Shown: one piece after another, positions 48,894-58,447 of the stretch | Position numbering within the stretch: position 1 is the stretch's first letter | Layout of the letters: each line of letters begins with the position of its first letter | Assembly (NCBI GenBank): GCA_965216875.1 | Contig: OZ244207.1 | Span: forward strand, 6,880,001-6,944,000 | Direction: 5' to 3' | DNA from: Rubripirellula sp. | Lineage (GTDB): Bacteria > Planctomycetota > Planctomycetia > Pirellulales > Pirellulaceae | DNA length: 64,000 bases | Notes under the pieces: generated by a model | Seen by the model: the letters and a program-made list of their open reading frames with translations, nothing else | Database searches by the model: none | Told to the model about the DNA's origin: nothing | Translations under genes and position numbers: made by a program

Positions 48894-49817
48894 CTAGCTT
48901 TTGCTGATCGATGCGAAGAATTCGTCAGGTCGATCGAGCTCGCGTTCATTGGCTTGTGGCGGATCAGCTTCGCGTATTCGAGTCCGTATGATCGAATAAG
49001 GCATGTAGGCGGCGACAACAAGTTGTTTCCCATCGCGAAACACTTCGACTTCGCAGCCTTGCATCAGGTTAGGGCCCGATTCTACGGTTCCAGCGATCGA
49101 ACGCCGTCCTTTTCGAATCATTTCTTTTTGGTTGGACATCACCAAACCAATACGAGCGATCAAGGTCTCTAGCTCGTACGCGTCTGCGCGCAGCGATTGG
49201 TTGTAGATGACCGTCAAGACATATTGCGAACCTGATTCCGAGCGGACTCCCGTGATACGTTGCTCGACGTTGCCTGCGTTTTCGTCATCTTCAGTGAAAC
49301 GACTGTCGTCGCCCGGTGGAAGCTGCAGGTCGTATCCCGAGAAGGTGACCGTTTCCCAGCCTTGGTGTTTGGCAGGCATGTTGGAATAGACCACGGCGCC
49401 GCCGATCGTGCCCAACACCAATAGCGACGTCACTGCGATTCCCACAACGATCCAAAGTTGTTTGGATCGATCATTTGCTTGCCGGCGCTGTGCCTGTTGG
49501 CGGTGATGCGGGTTTACCGATAACCGACTCGGCGCGGGCGGTGGCGGGGGTTGGATGGGTGGTGGGGGTTGAATCGGAGCGATGGGGGCGACAACCGGAG
49601 GTGCGGCGCCAACCCGGGCGGGCGCAGGCGTCACAGGTTGGGTGGAGCCGACGGGCACAACGACGGGTGCCTTGGGCAGCGGTTGGGTTGTTCCGGAATC
49701 ATTGCGGACGACGAGCACTTGGGAACACTTTGGGCAATCGATTTGCACCTCGTCGCCTGGAAACTCGACCTGCATCTTTGACCCGCAATTGGGGCAGACG
49801 ACTTGTTTGCAGCTCAT
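48894..49817 (-). CDS. Zinc-ribbon, proline-rich, single-TM protein
   Basis: CPNC...CPKC, Pro-rich linker, TM helix, extracytoplasmic domain ending FFASI. Confidence 0.8.
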   Translation of the reverse strand: MSCKQVVCPNCGSKMQVEFPGDEVQIDCPKCSQVLVVRNDSGTTQPLPKAPVVVPVGSTQPVTPAPARVGAAPPVVAPIAPIQPPPPIQPPPPPAPSRLSVNPHHRQQAQRRQANDRSKQLWIVVGIAVTSLLVLGTIGGAVVYSNMPAKHQGWETVTFSGYDLQLPPGDDSRFTEDDENAGNVEQRITGVRSESGSQYVLTVIYNQSLRADAYELETLIARIGLVMSNQKEMIRKGRRSIAGTVESGPNLMQGCEVEVFRDGKQLVVAAYMPYSIIRTRIREADPPQANERELDRPDEFFASISKS

Positions 49818-50116
49818 TCCGAATGCCCCGGAATTTGATGGGAATCGATGGCTAGAGAAAAGGACTGACAGGTCCGCAAAGGGGTGTCAGAACGACTATC
49901 TTCGCAATTTTCCTAAGTTGATGCCAACAAAAACGATCCAGAATCGTTGCCAATCACGGTGGCTGCCGTAAAGCCAGTTTGGCTGTGCCCACGCAGAATC
50001 GGATAGGCTGGCACGCCGAGTCGGTTTCGTAGCACGTCACCGTCAAGGGCGACACCAAGCCCATAAAATGAACAGGCATTTGCGAGTAGGGTTTGGAAGC
50101 GATGAAGGAGAGCAGC

Positions 50117-52048
50117 ATGCGCATTCACTTCGCACTCTTGTGGGGCATCTTGATTCCCGCGGCATTGGTTGGCTCAGGCCTGTTCATGGGTCGTGCGCTC
50201 GCCATCGAGGGCGACAAGCAATCGGCTGTTGCGGATTTCAAACAGAAGAAGCCATTCGACCTCAAGCTTCACAAACCGTTTATCGATCACGATCTGAGTC
50301 GCCCGAAGCCAAGCAGTAGCTTGCGGGACATGGGTTTGCCAGGACGCGACGTTGCCGGAACCTTGACGGATCATGCAGGCAATCCGATTCAAGATGCGTT
50401 GGTGGCGATTGTCGAACCGATTGGCTATTCGCGGCATTGTTACTTCGACAATTTCGACATGACGGACAGCGAGGGGCGTTTTCGCGTCAGGGGAGGTACC
50501 CAGAAGACGCGTCTCATTTTCCGTGTTGCAAGTGGCAAGTTGTGGGTGCATCACGTTGGCGAATCGACACCGCCATCGCCAATCGACGTCACTTGGCCAG
50601 AGTCTGGCGGAGTGTTGATTCAGGCTCCAGAGAGTCTTGCGAAACCAGGCAGCGATGTCGTCGTGCGCTCGAAAGCGTATTGGTCAGGCATGTCGGTGAT
50701 GAGCCAATCCGCCAAGCTGAGTGAATCGGGCATCGCTCGCGTCGATGAATTGATGCCTGCAGACTATGTCGTGACGGTTAGTCAGGAGGTTGTCATCGGC
50801 GGTAAGACCGAACAACGACAAGTCGACATCGGTCACTTTCGATTGAAGGCTGGCGAAATCAAACAAGTCAAATGCGTCCCTGGAAAAACAACCCTGACAG
50901 GCCGTCTTTCAGCCGGCGGTGTCATTCAACCGAGCTACGTTGTGATCGAGCGGATTCAGGAGTCGTATGTCGACCAACCCGTTGCCGCCGATTATGTGAG
51001 TTTGTCGAAAGAGGGTTCGTTTCGGTCACGACCTTTGCCGGCGGGGACCTACAGCGTTCGCGCGATGATGGCCAACGTTGGGCAACCTGGTCGATTTGGG
51101 TTTGGAGGCGCCACGGTTGCGGTTCAGCAGTGGCTCGTCACGATCGACGAATCGCAAGACTTGGTTGACCTTGATGAACTGCCCGCTCGAAGTGACGTCT
51201 TCTCGATCATTGATCAGGAAATTGATCGAGCGTTGCGCGGAACCGGTCGACGCAGTTCGTCGTCATCGGCCGGTCGTTTGGTCAAGCATGAAAAGCGAGC
51301 CGAAATCGAGCTCGAGTTGTTGCGCCTGATGACCGATGCTGGCTATCCCTACAACAAGCGACGCCAGATTCCGACGATCTTAGGCGGGATGCTCGATTCG
51401 CCCGCGGTTGTCATGGGACTTATTGGAGCGATCGAGCATCCACTGAATGTTCGCGAGCGGCGCGAGTACTTGCGCGCTGTCGGGCAATCGACGGTCCACG
51501 TAGATGCCATCGTGGATCAACTCGAATCGCTATTAGAAGATTCGGATCACATCGCGCGTGGGATCGTCGTCCGCGGGCTAGGGACGTTGGCGGTGCGGAA
51601 TCCAGAGCATCGTCCTCGGATCGAAAAGCTGCTGGTGCGGTGTTTAGATGATGGCATCGCGACAACACGCAGCACTGCGATCGATTTTCTCGGCCAAATC
51701 AACGCTGCTGATTCGGTTCCCGCCTTGATGGCAGCGGCCGAAGATGAATACCGACCGGCGGCGGTGATGGCTGGTTACGCGATCTGGAAGATCACCGGTG
51801 ATGCCGATGCAACCTACGGAGTGATGACGCGTGTACTCGGCAGTGAGGGGCTTTCAGGGATGTGGGAGGCGGCCTACTTCATGCAGCAAGTCGCAGAAAA
51901 ACACCCCGTCCCCGACGATACCAGGCGCGTGTTGCGACGTGTCTCCAAAATGGCAGGCAAACCGCCGTTTCGAAACAGCTTTGAATATGAGCAATCTCGC
52001 GCTGCGAAGGCAGCTCAGAAAGTGCTTGATCTTGTCGCAGAACGATGA
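50117..52048 (+). CDS. Exported protein with carboxypeptidase-regulatory-like beta-sandwich domains and HEAT repeats
   Basis: VAGTLTD.AGNPI..ALV, TDSEGRFRV, LPAGTYSV; C-terminal HEAT-like helices; start 50102 or 50117. Confidence 0.75.
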   Translation: MRIHFALLWGILIPAALVGSGLFMGRALAIEGDKQSAVADFKQKKPFDLKLHKPFIDHDLSRPKPSSSLRDMGLPGRDVAGTLTDHAGNPIQDALVAIVEPIGYSRHCYFDNFDMTDSEGRFRVRGGTQKTRLIFRVASGKLWVHHVGESTPPSPIDVTWPESGGVLIQAPESLAKPGSDVVVRSKAYWSGMSVMSQSAKLSESGIARVDELMPADYVVTVSQEVVIGGKTEQRQVDIGHFRLKAGEIKQVKCVPGKTTLTGRLSAGGVIQPSYVVIERIQESYVDQPVAADYVSLSKEGSFRSRPLPAGTYSVRAMMANVGQPGRFGFGGATVAVQQWLVTIDESQDLVDLDELPARSDVFSIIDQEIDRALRGTGRRSSSSSAGRLVKHEKRAEIELELLRLMTDAGYPYNKRRQIPTILGGMLDSPAVVMGLIGAIEHPLNVRERREYLRAVGQSTVHVDAIVDQLESLLEDSDHIARGIVVRGLGTLAVRNPEHRPRIEKLLVRCLDDGIATTRSTAIDFLGQINAADSVPALMAAAEDEYRPAAVMAGYAIWKITGDADATYGVMTRVLGSEGLSGMWEAAYFMQQVAEKHPVPDDTRRVLRRVSKMAGKPPFRNSFEYEQSRAAKAAQKVLDLVAER

Positions 52049-53344
52049 CTATTCGTGCACGCCCTTGATCATGCTGGGTGCGAGAAAGACTCCACTGAAC
52101 ACCTCACTCGGGTGAAGTTCAACTTCGTTGTTTCGATACCCGGTTGCATCGAGTTGATCTTCCGTCAACGTGCCAGGAATCGGGAACCCAGGATTCAGAT
52201 AAAGGTCGCCGTTGCGATCACTGAAGCTTCGCACTGAACCGTCGGCAAAAAGCAAGTTAATCGCAAAGCCGCCCGAACCTGCATGGGTACCAGCCCACGC
52301 GAGTGTCGATTGAAGGTACATCCGGTTTCCTGCTCCACCGGTTGGTGGCTCACAAGAGCCATCCAATTCGCGCTTCCATTGCGTTTCCAATCGAGAGCCG
52401 TTGGATCCGATGCGTTTGATTTCCCGATCGCCCGTGTGATAGTAGGTCGGTCCTTCGCTGGCCGATTCACACAAAATTGTTCCCGCAGCGGCGAAGGTGC
52501 GTTCCGTCGAGTCGCCTCGCGCGAAGATGTCGGTCGAGTCATATGCGAAGGCGATTGGCGTGATCGCCTCATCGATATCACCTGGGCTCGCATCGCCTAG
52601 GAGCGGGATGTTGCTTTGCGGGATGTCGGTGACCGCAAGGAAGTCAACGCTCAACGGACCAAGCGTTTCGCGTTTGCCTCGTAAACCTTGTTGGGCAGCC
52701 TGGCCAGCCGTCCGAATGCTGTTGTCGCTTTCGCGGTATTGGATCCTTGGTGCAGTGTGAATCAGGAACCAGCTTGTTGCGTAGTTCGTGTTCAATCCTG
52801 ATTCGACGAAGTAACGCGTTACCAGAGCACGTCGTTCATCGGTCAACTCGTCAGTACTTGCAAAGCCCGAACTGGGTGAACCGGAACCTGAAATCCCATC
52901 CCAGTCTTGTTGGCCACACATGCCGTGGTTGTATCGGGCTCGTAGCGGCCCGGTCAGATCGTTCAATCCATCATTCGTTGGCAAACCATAAGCGTCGAGT
53001 AGTTTCTCGTTGACTCTCATCGTGTTGCTGGGACAGAGGACTGTCTCGGCGTCGGTCATGCCGACGTTGCGCAAGTCAGCCACCCAACCGTATCGGTCCA
53101 TGCAACCTTCACGCGAGTGGTCAAAGGCACCACTGCACAAGCGATTGTTGGGTGAACGTTGTGCATACCGCATCATGCCCACGCCCGCGTTTCGCAAATT
53201 GGCTTGGCATAGACTGCTGCGCGCCGCCTCTCTCGCTTTCACCACCGATGTGCTGATGAGGGCGGTTAGCAACGCGATGATCGCGACCACGACGAGTAGC
53301 TCGATCAACGTGAATGCAAATCGCCCTGTTGCCGAAGGTCTCAT
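52049..53344 (-). CDS. DUF1559-type prepilin-like protein (N-terminal methylation motif)
   Basis: AFTLIELLVVVAIIALL, AREAAR..CQANLR, CPS, C-terminal H...NLLFADGSV. Confidence 0.92.
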   Translation of the reverse strand: MRPSATGRFAFTLIELLVVVAIIALLTALISTSVVKAREAARSSLCQANLRNAGVGMMRYAQRSPNNRLCSGAFDHSREGCMDRYGWVADLRNVGMTDAETVLCPSNTMRVNEKLLDAYGLPTNDGLNDLTGPLRARYNHGMCGQQDWDGISGSGSPSSGFASTDELTDERRALVTRYFVESGLNTNYATSWFLIHTAPRIQYRESDNSIRTAGQAAQQGLRGKRETLGPLSVDFLAVTDIPQSNIPLLGDASPGDIDEAITPIAFAYDSTDIFARGDSTERTFAAAGTILCESASEGPTYYHTGDREIKRIGSNGSRLETQWKRELDGSCEPPTGGAGNRMYLQSTLAWAGTHAGSGGFAINLLFADGSVRSFSDRNGDLYLNPGFPIPGTLTEDQLDATGYRNNEVELHPSEVFSGVFLAPSMIKGVHE

Positions 53345-53669
53345 TCTTTTGGTTCCCTGACGACGTTGGTGGCTGCCCCAATGCAGCGAAGTGTAGAGCC
53401 AACTTTCAAGCGGTCAAACGATTTTCATCGACTCTTCATTCGCACGCTTACTCAAGAAGCAAGTGCGACAAGCTAGGAAACTAGAACTGCTCGAGTTAAT
53501 GAAGATTTCAAGAATTCAACGGCGTCAAAACGCGTTGGGTCTGGACAGAAAGTCGTCGGTTTTAAGAATCCGTACTGGCTGTGACGCGGTGGCTCAGTTG
53601 TGTGATGACTGGTGTCGCTTCACATAGGAAATGAATGCGTCAAGACTCATCAGGAGGCGGATTACGCCG

Positions 53670-54134
53670 ATGTCACTACTCATCCAACTTTGTGGGTTCC
53701 CACTACTGGGAATTCTGACAATTACATCGATCGGCTTGTCTGTGTTCGCGTGGTTCTTGGCGTTTCGCGTCCGCAACCAGCACTTGCTTGCCGCATATCT
53801 GCCGCTCACAGCACTTCCAATCCTTCCGGTGTTGTTTGTGCTGCTCACCGGCAACGTCTCCTCGATTGCGCTTCAAGTCAACGCGGACGCCGACATTGCA
53901 ATCGATTCGGGATTGGCATTTCAAATGAATCTCATTCCGCTCTTCGTCGGATTGCTTTTTGCGACGCCGGCCGCCGCAATCACAGTGACGGGCCGGTGGA
54001 TACTGGTCTGGCGCGAGAGTGGCGTGGAGTTGTTTCCCAAGAGTGATGAGCCCGAATCTCAGGTGATCGATCCGGCCGACTACGATGCCAAAGAAGCAGA
54101 AGACTACCTCGAGCAGCTGATTCGCCCTCGATAG
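53670..54134 (+). CDS. Hypothetical membrane protein (three TM helices)
   Basis: Hydrophobic segments and acidic C-terminal tail; start 53631 or 53670. Confidence 0.7.
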   Translation: MSLLIQLCGFPLLGILTITSIGLSVFAWFLAFRVRNQHLLAAYLPLTALPILPVLFVLLTGNVSSIALQVNADADIAIDSGLAFQMNLIPLFVGLLFATPAAAITVTGRWILVWRESGVELFPKSDEPESQVIDPADYDAKEAEDYLEQLIRPR

Positions 54135-54153
54135 GTTTTCGATCCAGAAGGCA

Positions 54154-54873
54154 CTACACGCCAAAATGACGTCGAAGCGCCATCGAAGCGGCGTCTTTTG
54201 AGTCGGAGGGGCCTTTGGGGCGGAGGTGTTCAGGGATCTTTTGCGGTCCCTTGGTTTCAGGTTCTGCCCCATCCGAATCTGCGACATTTGCATCCTCATC
54301 CGGCTTGTCTTTGGCGGCGGGTTTTGGAGGTTTGGCGACCGTTTCCGATTCAGCAGCTTGTTGCTGTGCCGTGTCCGCAGGATTGAGTTTGGATTCCTCC
54401 TCGAGTCGACGCCATTTCTCGTTGGCTTGATCGCGCGGTGGAACAAAGTCCAGGTTGGTGGTCAACGCGTCAAGTTCTCGTATCAGGTCTTCAGCGGATG
54501 AGTTGCCAGGCTCGGGGACCGCATCGGCGGTTGATTGGCTGTGTTCGGTGATGGGCTTGCCAGTATCCGCATCCCGTACGGAAATGCGAAACTTCCAATC
54601 GCCGATTTGGATTTTCTCGCGATGCGCCAGGACGCGTTCTTCGTTTTCGGCTAACCGTTCTCCGTCGACCAACGTCCCGTTGCGGCTATTCAAGTCCTGG
54701 ATGGTCACACGCGCGTCTGACACGACAATTACGCAATGGCGACGAGAGACCTTGTCACCTTTGAGGCAGAGGTCGCAATTGACGTGCCTGCCGACCAAAA
54801 ACTCTGCGACCTCGATCGGGACGCGCTGACCGCGACGACCACCGTTTCGATAGACAAGTTTGGAATGGATCAC
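54154..54873 (-). CDS. FHA-domain protein
   Basis: VGR...CD, VSRRHC, DLNSRNGTLVDG; C-terminal SKDAASMALRRHF; GTG start at 54873 inferred. Confidence 0.92.
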   Translation of the reverse strand: MIHSKLVYRNGGRRGQRVPIEVAEFLVGRHVNCDLCLKGDKVSRRHCVIVVSDARVTIQDLNSRNGTLVDGERLAENEERVLAHREKIQIGDWKFRISVRDADTGKPITEHSQSTADAVPEPGNSSAEDLIRELDALTTNLDFVPPRDQANEKWRRLEEESKLNPADTAQQQAAESETVAKPPKPAAKDKPDEDANVADSDGAEPETKGPQKIPEHLRPKGPSDSKDAASMALRRHFGV

Positions 54874-55233
54874 GTCAGCTGACTTCGCCCCGAATGCAGC
54901 GTAAGAGGATGTCTGATAGTGAACAATCAAGCACGTCCGGCTGCGAAGTCAAGGTTACAATACGCGAATCTACCCCACCCGCTGGTGAAGGATTTGGATC
55001 TGGCATTCAGTATGTCGAGGAAAACGCGGCGATCCCATCTCGTCGGTCACGAAAACTTAAACGTTTCATCGAACAACATTCACATTGCCGAGGGAAAAAG
55101 GAGGCGTGCTTCGTGACGTGCGGGTGAGAGGTTGATGAAGACTTTGCGAGCATGCCAAAGCATTGCTCAGCTTGGCTTAAATTGATCGTCTTTCACTGCG
55201 AACTTAAGTGGTCAAACCAGACAACTGAGAGCG

Positions 55234-55815
55234 ATGTCCAAACTTGATCGACAGCTCGACGGACTCACTGGAGACGGACGCGTCGAGATTGAAATTTCAG
55301 AAGGACAGGACGTTGATGTCGGAGAGCTACATCAGCTACTTCGAAACGAAATCGATCGGCGTCACCATCGAATTCCTATCGATTTGCGTCGAGTTCATGG
55401 CGCTCCCGTCGAATTGATTGACGTGTTAATCAGTGCAGAGAAGTACGCGCGAAAGCAAGGTAAGATCCTAACGATCAGCTACGCGTTACCGCCGATGCAA
55501 GAAGCGCTCGATCCGATGCGACGACGAGCAACGAAATCGGCTCAGAAAGGGGACGAGGACGCCGGAGCTGCCGCCAAATCGTTGCTCGATGAGCAAAACG
55601 CGAGCGAGCATCGCTACGACATCACGAGAGCTGAGAAAATAGGACGCAAGCGAACGCGAAGGAATACGGGCAAGCAGTACGCGATCAAGCGGTACATTGT
55701 CTTGGGCTCGATTATCGCGGTCGCAACGCTTGCGATCGGCTGGATTGAATACGTGATTCTGTTCAACGAAAGTCCATCAACGGTTGTGCCTTCCAAGATT
55801 TTGGAAAGGCGGTAG
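55234..55815 (+). CDS. Hypothetical protein with degenerate STAS-like domain and C-terminal TM helix
   Basis: IDLRRV...LIDVLISAEKYARKQGKILTI...PPMQEAL follows STAS spacing; TM near the C-terminus. Confidence 0.55.
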   Translation: MSKLDRQLDGLTGDGRVEIEISEGQDVDVGELHQLLRNEIDRRHHRIPIDLRRVHGAPVELIDVLISAEKYARKQGKILTISYALPPMQEALDPMRRRATKSAQKGDEDAGAAAKSLLDEQNASEHRYDITRAEKIGRKRTRRNTGKQYAIKRYIVLGSIIAVATLAIGWIEYVILFNESPSTVVPSKILERR

Positions 55816-55962
55816 CCGACGCACCCGGTCGCTGCGACGCTTGCCAAGCGAAGGCAGTGACGGCCGTGACCAAACGAACTTCAGTGATGACGTGCGAAGT
55901 CGAGTTGGCTCAGATACACTGGTTGGCTTCAACCATTTGCCACCACCAAATCTGAAATCCTC

Positions 55963-57363
55963 ATGCTGCGCACATTCTGTTTCCTCACGATCGCTTTCTG
56001 TTGTCTGTCGCTCCACGCGAACCGTCCCAATGTCATCTTGGTGATGTGCGATGATCTGGGATACGGCGATCCACAAAGCTTCAATGCCGATTCGCCCATC
56101 CAGACACCCCACATCGATGCGATGGTCAGCGACGGGTTGAAGTTCACTCGCTTTTACGCGGCAGCGCCAGTCTGTAGCCCGACGCGCGGAAGCTGTTTGA
56201 CGGGACGCCATCCCTATCGCTACGGGATCTACACCGCAAACGCAGGACACATGAGAGAGGGTGAGATCACGTTACCCGAGATCCTGAAGGAACAGGGGTA
56301 CACAACGGGCCACTTTGGAAAGTGGCACTTGGGAACGTTGACCAAGACGATCAAAGATGCGAATCGCGGCGGTCCGAAAGGCGCCAAGCACTTTGCCCTT
56401 CCTCAAACACACGGTTATGACACCGCGTTCGTGACCGAGTCCAAAGTGCCAACCTATGACCCGATGATCAAACCCGTTGGTGCAGGTAAACATGCTTGGG
56501 ATGCCATCGAGGATCGGTCGAAAGCACAAGCCTACGGAACCCGCTATTGGGATGAGGCGGGAGCCGAGGTGACAACGAACTTGCAGGGTGATGATTCAAA
56601 GTTGATCATGGATCGCGCCGTCGATTTCATTCAACAAGCTTCCAAAGAACAACAGCCCTTCTTCGCAGCGGTCTGGTTCCACGCTCCACACTTGCCCGTC
56701 GTGGCTGGCAAAGAGCACGTCAAACCCTATCAGCACTTCTCGGTCTATGAACGAAACTATTACGGCTGCATCACGGCGCTCGATCAACAAGTCGGGCGGT
56801 TGCGCGACACGCTCAAACGCCAGGGCGTCGACAGGAACACGATGATTTGGTTTTGCAGCGACAACGGTCCTGAAGGCCAGTCAGGGAAGGCACCGGGATC
56901 GGCGAGCGAATTTCGCGGACGCAAGCGATCTCTTTATGAAGGGGGAGTTCGAGTTCCCGGCGTGCTCGTTTGGCCCGGCCGAGTCAAACCGGGCGAAACC
57001 GATTTTCCATCGGTGACCAGCGACTACTTGCCAACCGTTCTGGATGCACTCGGTATCGGGTACCCGGACGGACGACCGCTTGATGGGGAGTCATTGCTAG
57101 GAGTGATTGAGGGCACGAAGTCCGAGCGGACCAGACCGATCGGGTTTCAATCTGCAAAACAGATTGCATGGCACGTTGGCAAACACAAGCTCTATAGCGG
57201 CAACGCCGGCAAGAACTGGGAGCTTTACGATTTGAGCGTCGACCCTCGCGAGGCCAACGACATCGCGAAAGATCACAAGTCGTTGGTGAAGCAGATGGTC
57301 AAAGCGGTGCGCGATTGGCAAGCCTCTTGCAAAGAGAGCGACAACGAGGCTGACTATCGCTAA
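55963..57363 (+). CDS. Exported sulfatase
   Basis: RPNVILVMCDDLG, CSPTRGSCLTGR, GKWHLG, SDNG, YEGGVRVP. Confidence 0.95.
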   Translation: MLRTFCFLTIAFCCLSLHANRPNVILVMCDDLGYGDPQSFNADSPIQTPHIDAMVSDGLKFTRFYAAAPVCSPTRGSCLTGRHPYRYGIYTANAGHMREGEITLPEILKEQGYTTGHFGKWHLGTLTKTIKDANRGGPKGAKHFALPQTHGYDTAFVTESKVPTYDPMIKPVGAGKHAWDAIEDRSKAQAYGTRYWDEAGAEVTTNLQGDDSKLIMDRAVDFIQQASKEQQPFFAAVWFHAPHLPVVAGKEHVKPYQHFSVYERNYYGCITALDQQVGRLRDTLKRQGVDRNTMIWFCSDNGPEGQSGKAPGSASEFRGRKRSLYEGGVRVPGVLVWPGRVKPGETDFPSVTSDYLPTVLDALGIGYPDGRPLDGESLLGVIEGTKSERTRPIGFQSAKQIAWHVGKHKLYSGNAGKNWELYDLSVDPREANDIAKDHKSLVKQMVKAVRDWQASCKESDNEADYR

Positions 57364-57393
57364 CGATTGTTGTCATCGGTGAGAAGAAAGTAC

Positions 57394-57420
57394 CACGAAT
57401 GACACGAATGACACGAATCA
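57394..57420. repeat. 9-bp tandem repeat (CACGAATGA x3)
   Basis: CACGAATGA CACGAATGA CACGAATCA directly before the REP-like pair. Confidence 0.8.
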
Positions 57421-57425
57421 AGAGC

Positions 57426-57529
57426 TGAGCCGTGATCGCGTAAGCGGCCGGGCCTTCAGCGCTACTGCGCTTTGGCGTATGATTCGGCGGGTGGGGCAAG
57501 GGCCCGAGGCCTCACGGCCGGCGGCTCAC
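57426..57529. repeat. Inverted doublet of (G)TGAGCCG-type REP-like elements
   Basis: TGAGCCG...GGGCC at 57426 and GGCCC...CGGCTCAC at 57501-57529; left unit identical to 4199-4224. Confidence 0.75.
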
Positions 57530-58447
57530 GGGCGATTTCCGCCTTCCGATTGCCGAACAGACTCGGTCGACCAGCACGGCGGCGAGCGTTGCGGGAATAA
57601 GCATCAACAGTCGAATCGTTCCCATCGGCGCGTCATAGAATTGAAGCAGTGCCCCGATCAAGGCGACAGAACCTGAGAAGGTAAAGGCTGCCGCGATCCG
57701 CGCCGGGACGGTGACGATGTGAGTGCGGCGGTAGGGTAGACTTGCCAAGCCATAGCATGCCGTCCCCAGTAGGCAGAGCAGTGCTGCGGTAAGCACGGTG
57801 CTGATCACGGCACTCTGCCAACTCATGTTGGGTTGCAATGCAAACCCGCTCAAGGCACCAAAGAAAAGGCAGCCAGCCGAGAACCAAAAGATGCTTGCGT
57901 GAGTCTGGTTGCCTGTTTCAGGAACGGGTCTTCGTGGGACCGGCGAATTGTTGGACCGCCTGACCTGAACGGTGGCGACGATGGCGGATGCAATCAGGGT
58001 TACCATCAAGGTTAAGCCCCAAGAGGTGTATTCTCTTTGGAAACGCAGCAGTGACAAACACGTGTAAGCAACGCCCACGACCAAACCAAGCACGACGCCG
58101 GCAACCAATTGTGCGTTGCGATCGGCATTGGCTCGTTTGTGATCGAGAATTCGCAGGAGGAGGAAATAGAGGGCGACGACAAGCACCGATAACAGAGCCG
58201 TCGGAACGAGGCTCGAAACGAGCGTCAGGCCCAACGTGTTGAACGAGAAGAACCACCAGTAAGCCACACCATTGATGATGGCCAACACGGCCGCCGCAGC
58301 CCCGGCCATCCAGACCAAATCGGTGTTGCCCTGTTGAGGGACGACGATTTCCAGGTCTTCGACAGCTTCGGGGCTTTGATATGGATTTGCTGCGACATCG
58401 CCGGTTGATTCGGCAACCGACTGTGTATCGTCGCCCTGCTTGCTCAT
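57512..58447 (-). CDS. Hypothetical multi-pass membrane protein with NPYQSP motif
   Basis: About 8 TM helices in two halves; 4-nt overlap with upstream gene. Confidence 0.75.
   Translation of the reverse strand: MSKQGDDTQSVAESTGDVAANPYQSPEAVEDLEIVVPQQGNTDLVWMAGAAAAVLAIINGVAYWWFFSFNTLGLTLVSSLVPTALLSVLVVALYFLLLRILDHKRANADRNAQLVAGVVLGLVVGVAYTCLSLLRFQREYTSWGLTLMVTLIASAIVATVQVRRSNNSPVPRRPVPETGNQTHASIFWFSAGCLFFGALSGFALQPNMSWQSAVISTVLTAALLCLLGTACYGLASLPYRRTHIVTVPARIAAAFTFSGSVALIGALLQFYDAPMGTIRLLMLIPATLAAVLVDRVCSAIGRRKSPVSRRP

Noticed and set aside
53481..53526. Similarity to 63016-63060 around AATGAAGATTTC as a repeat family
   Set aside because: Only 12 identical bases with loose flanks; compatible with chance or a short shared motif
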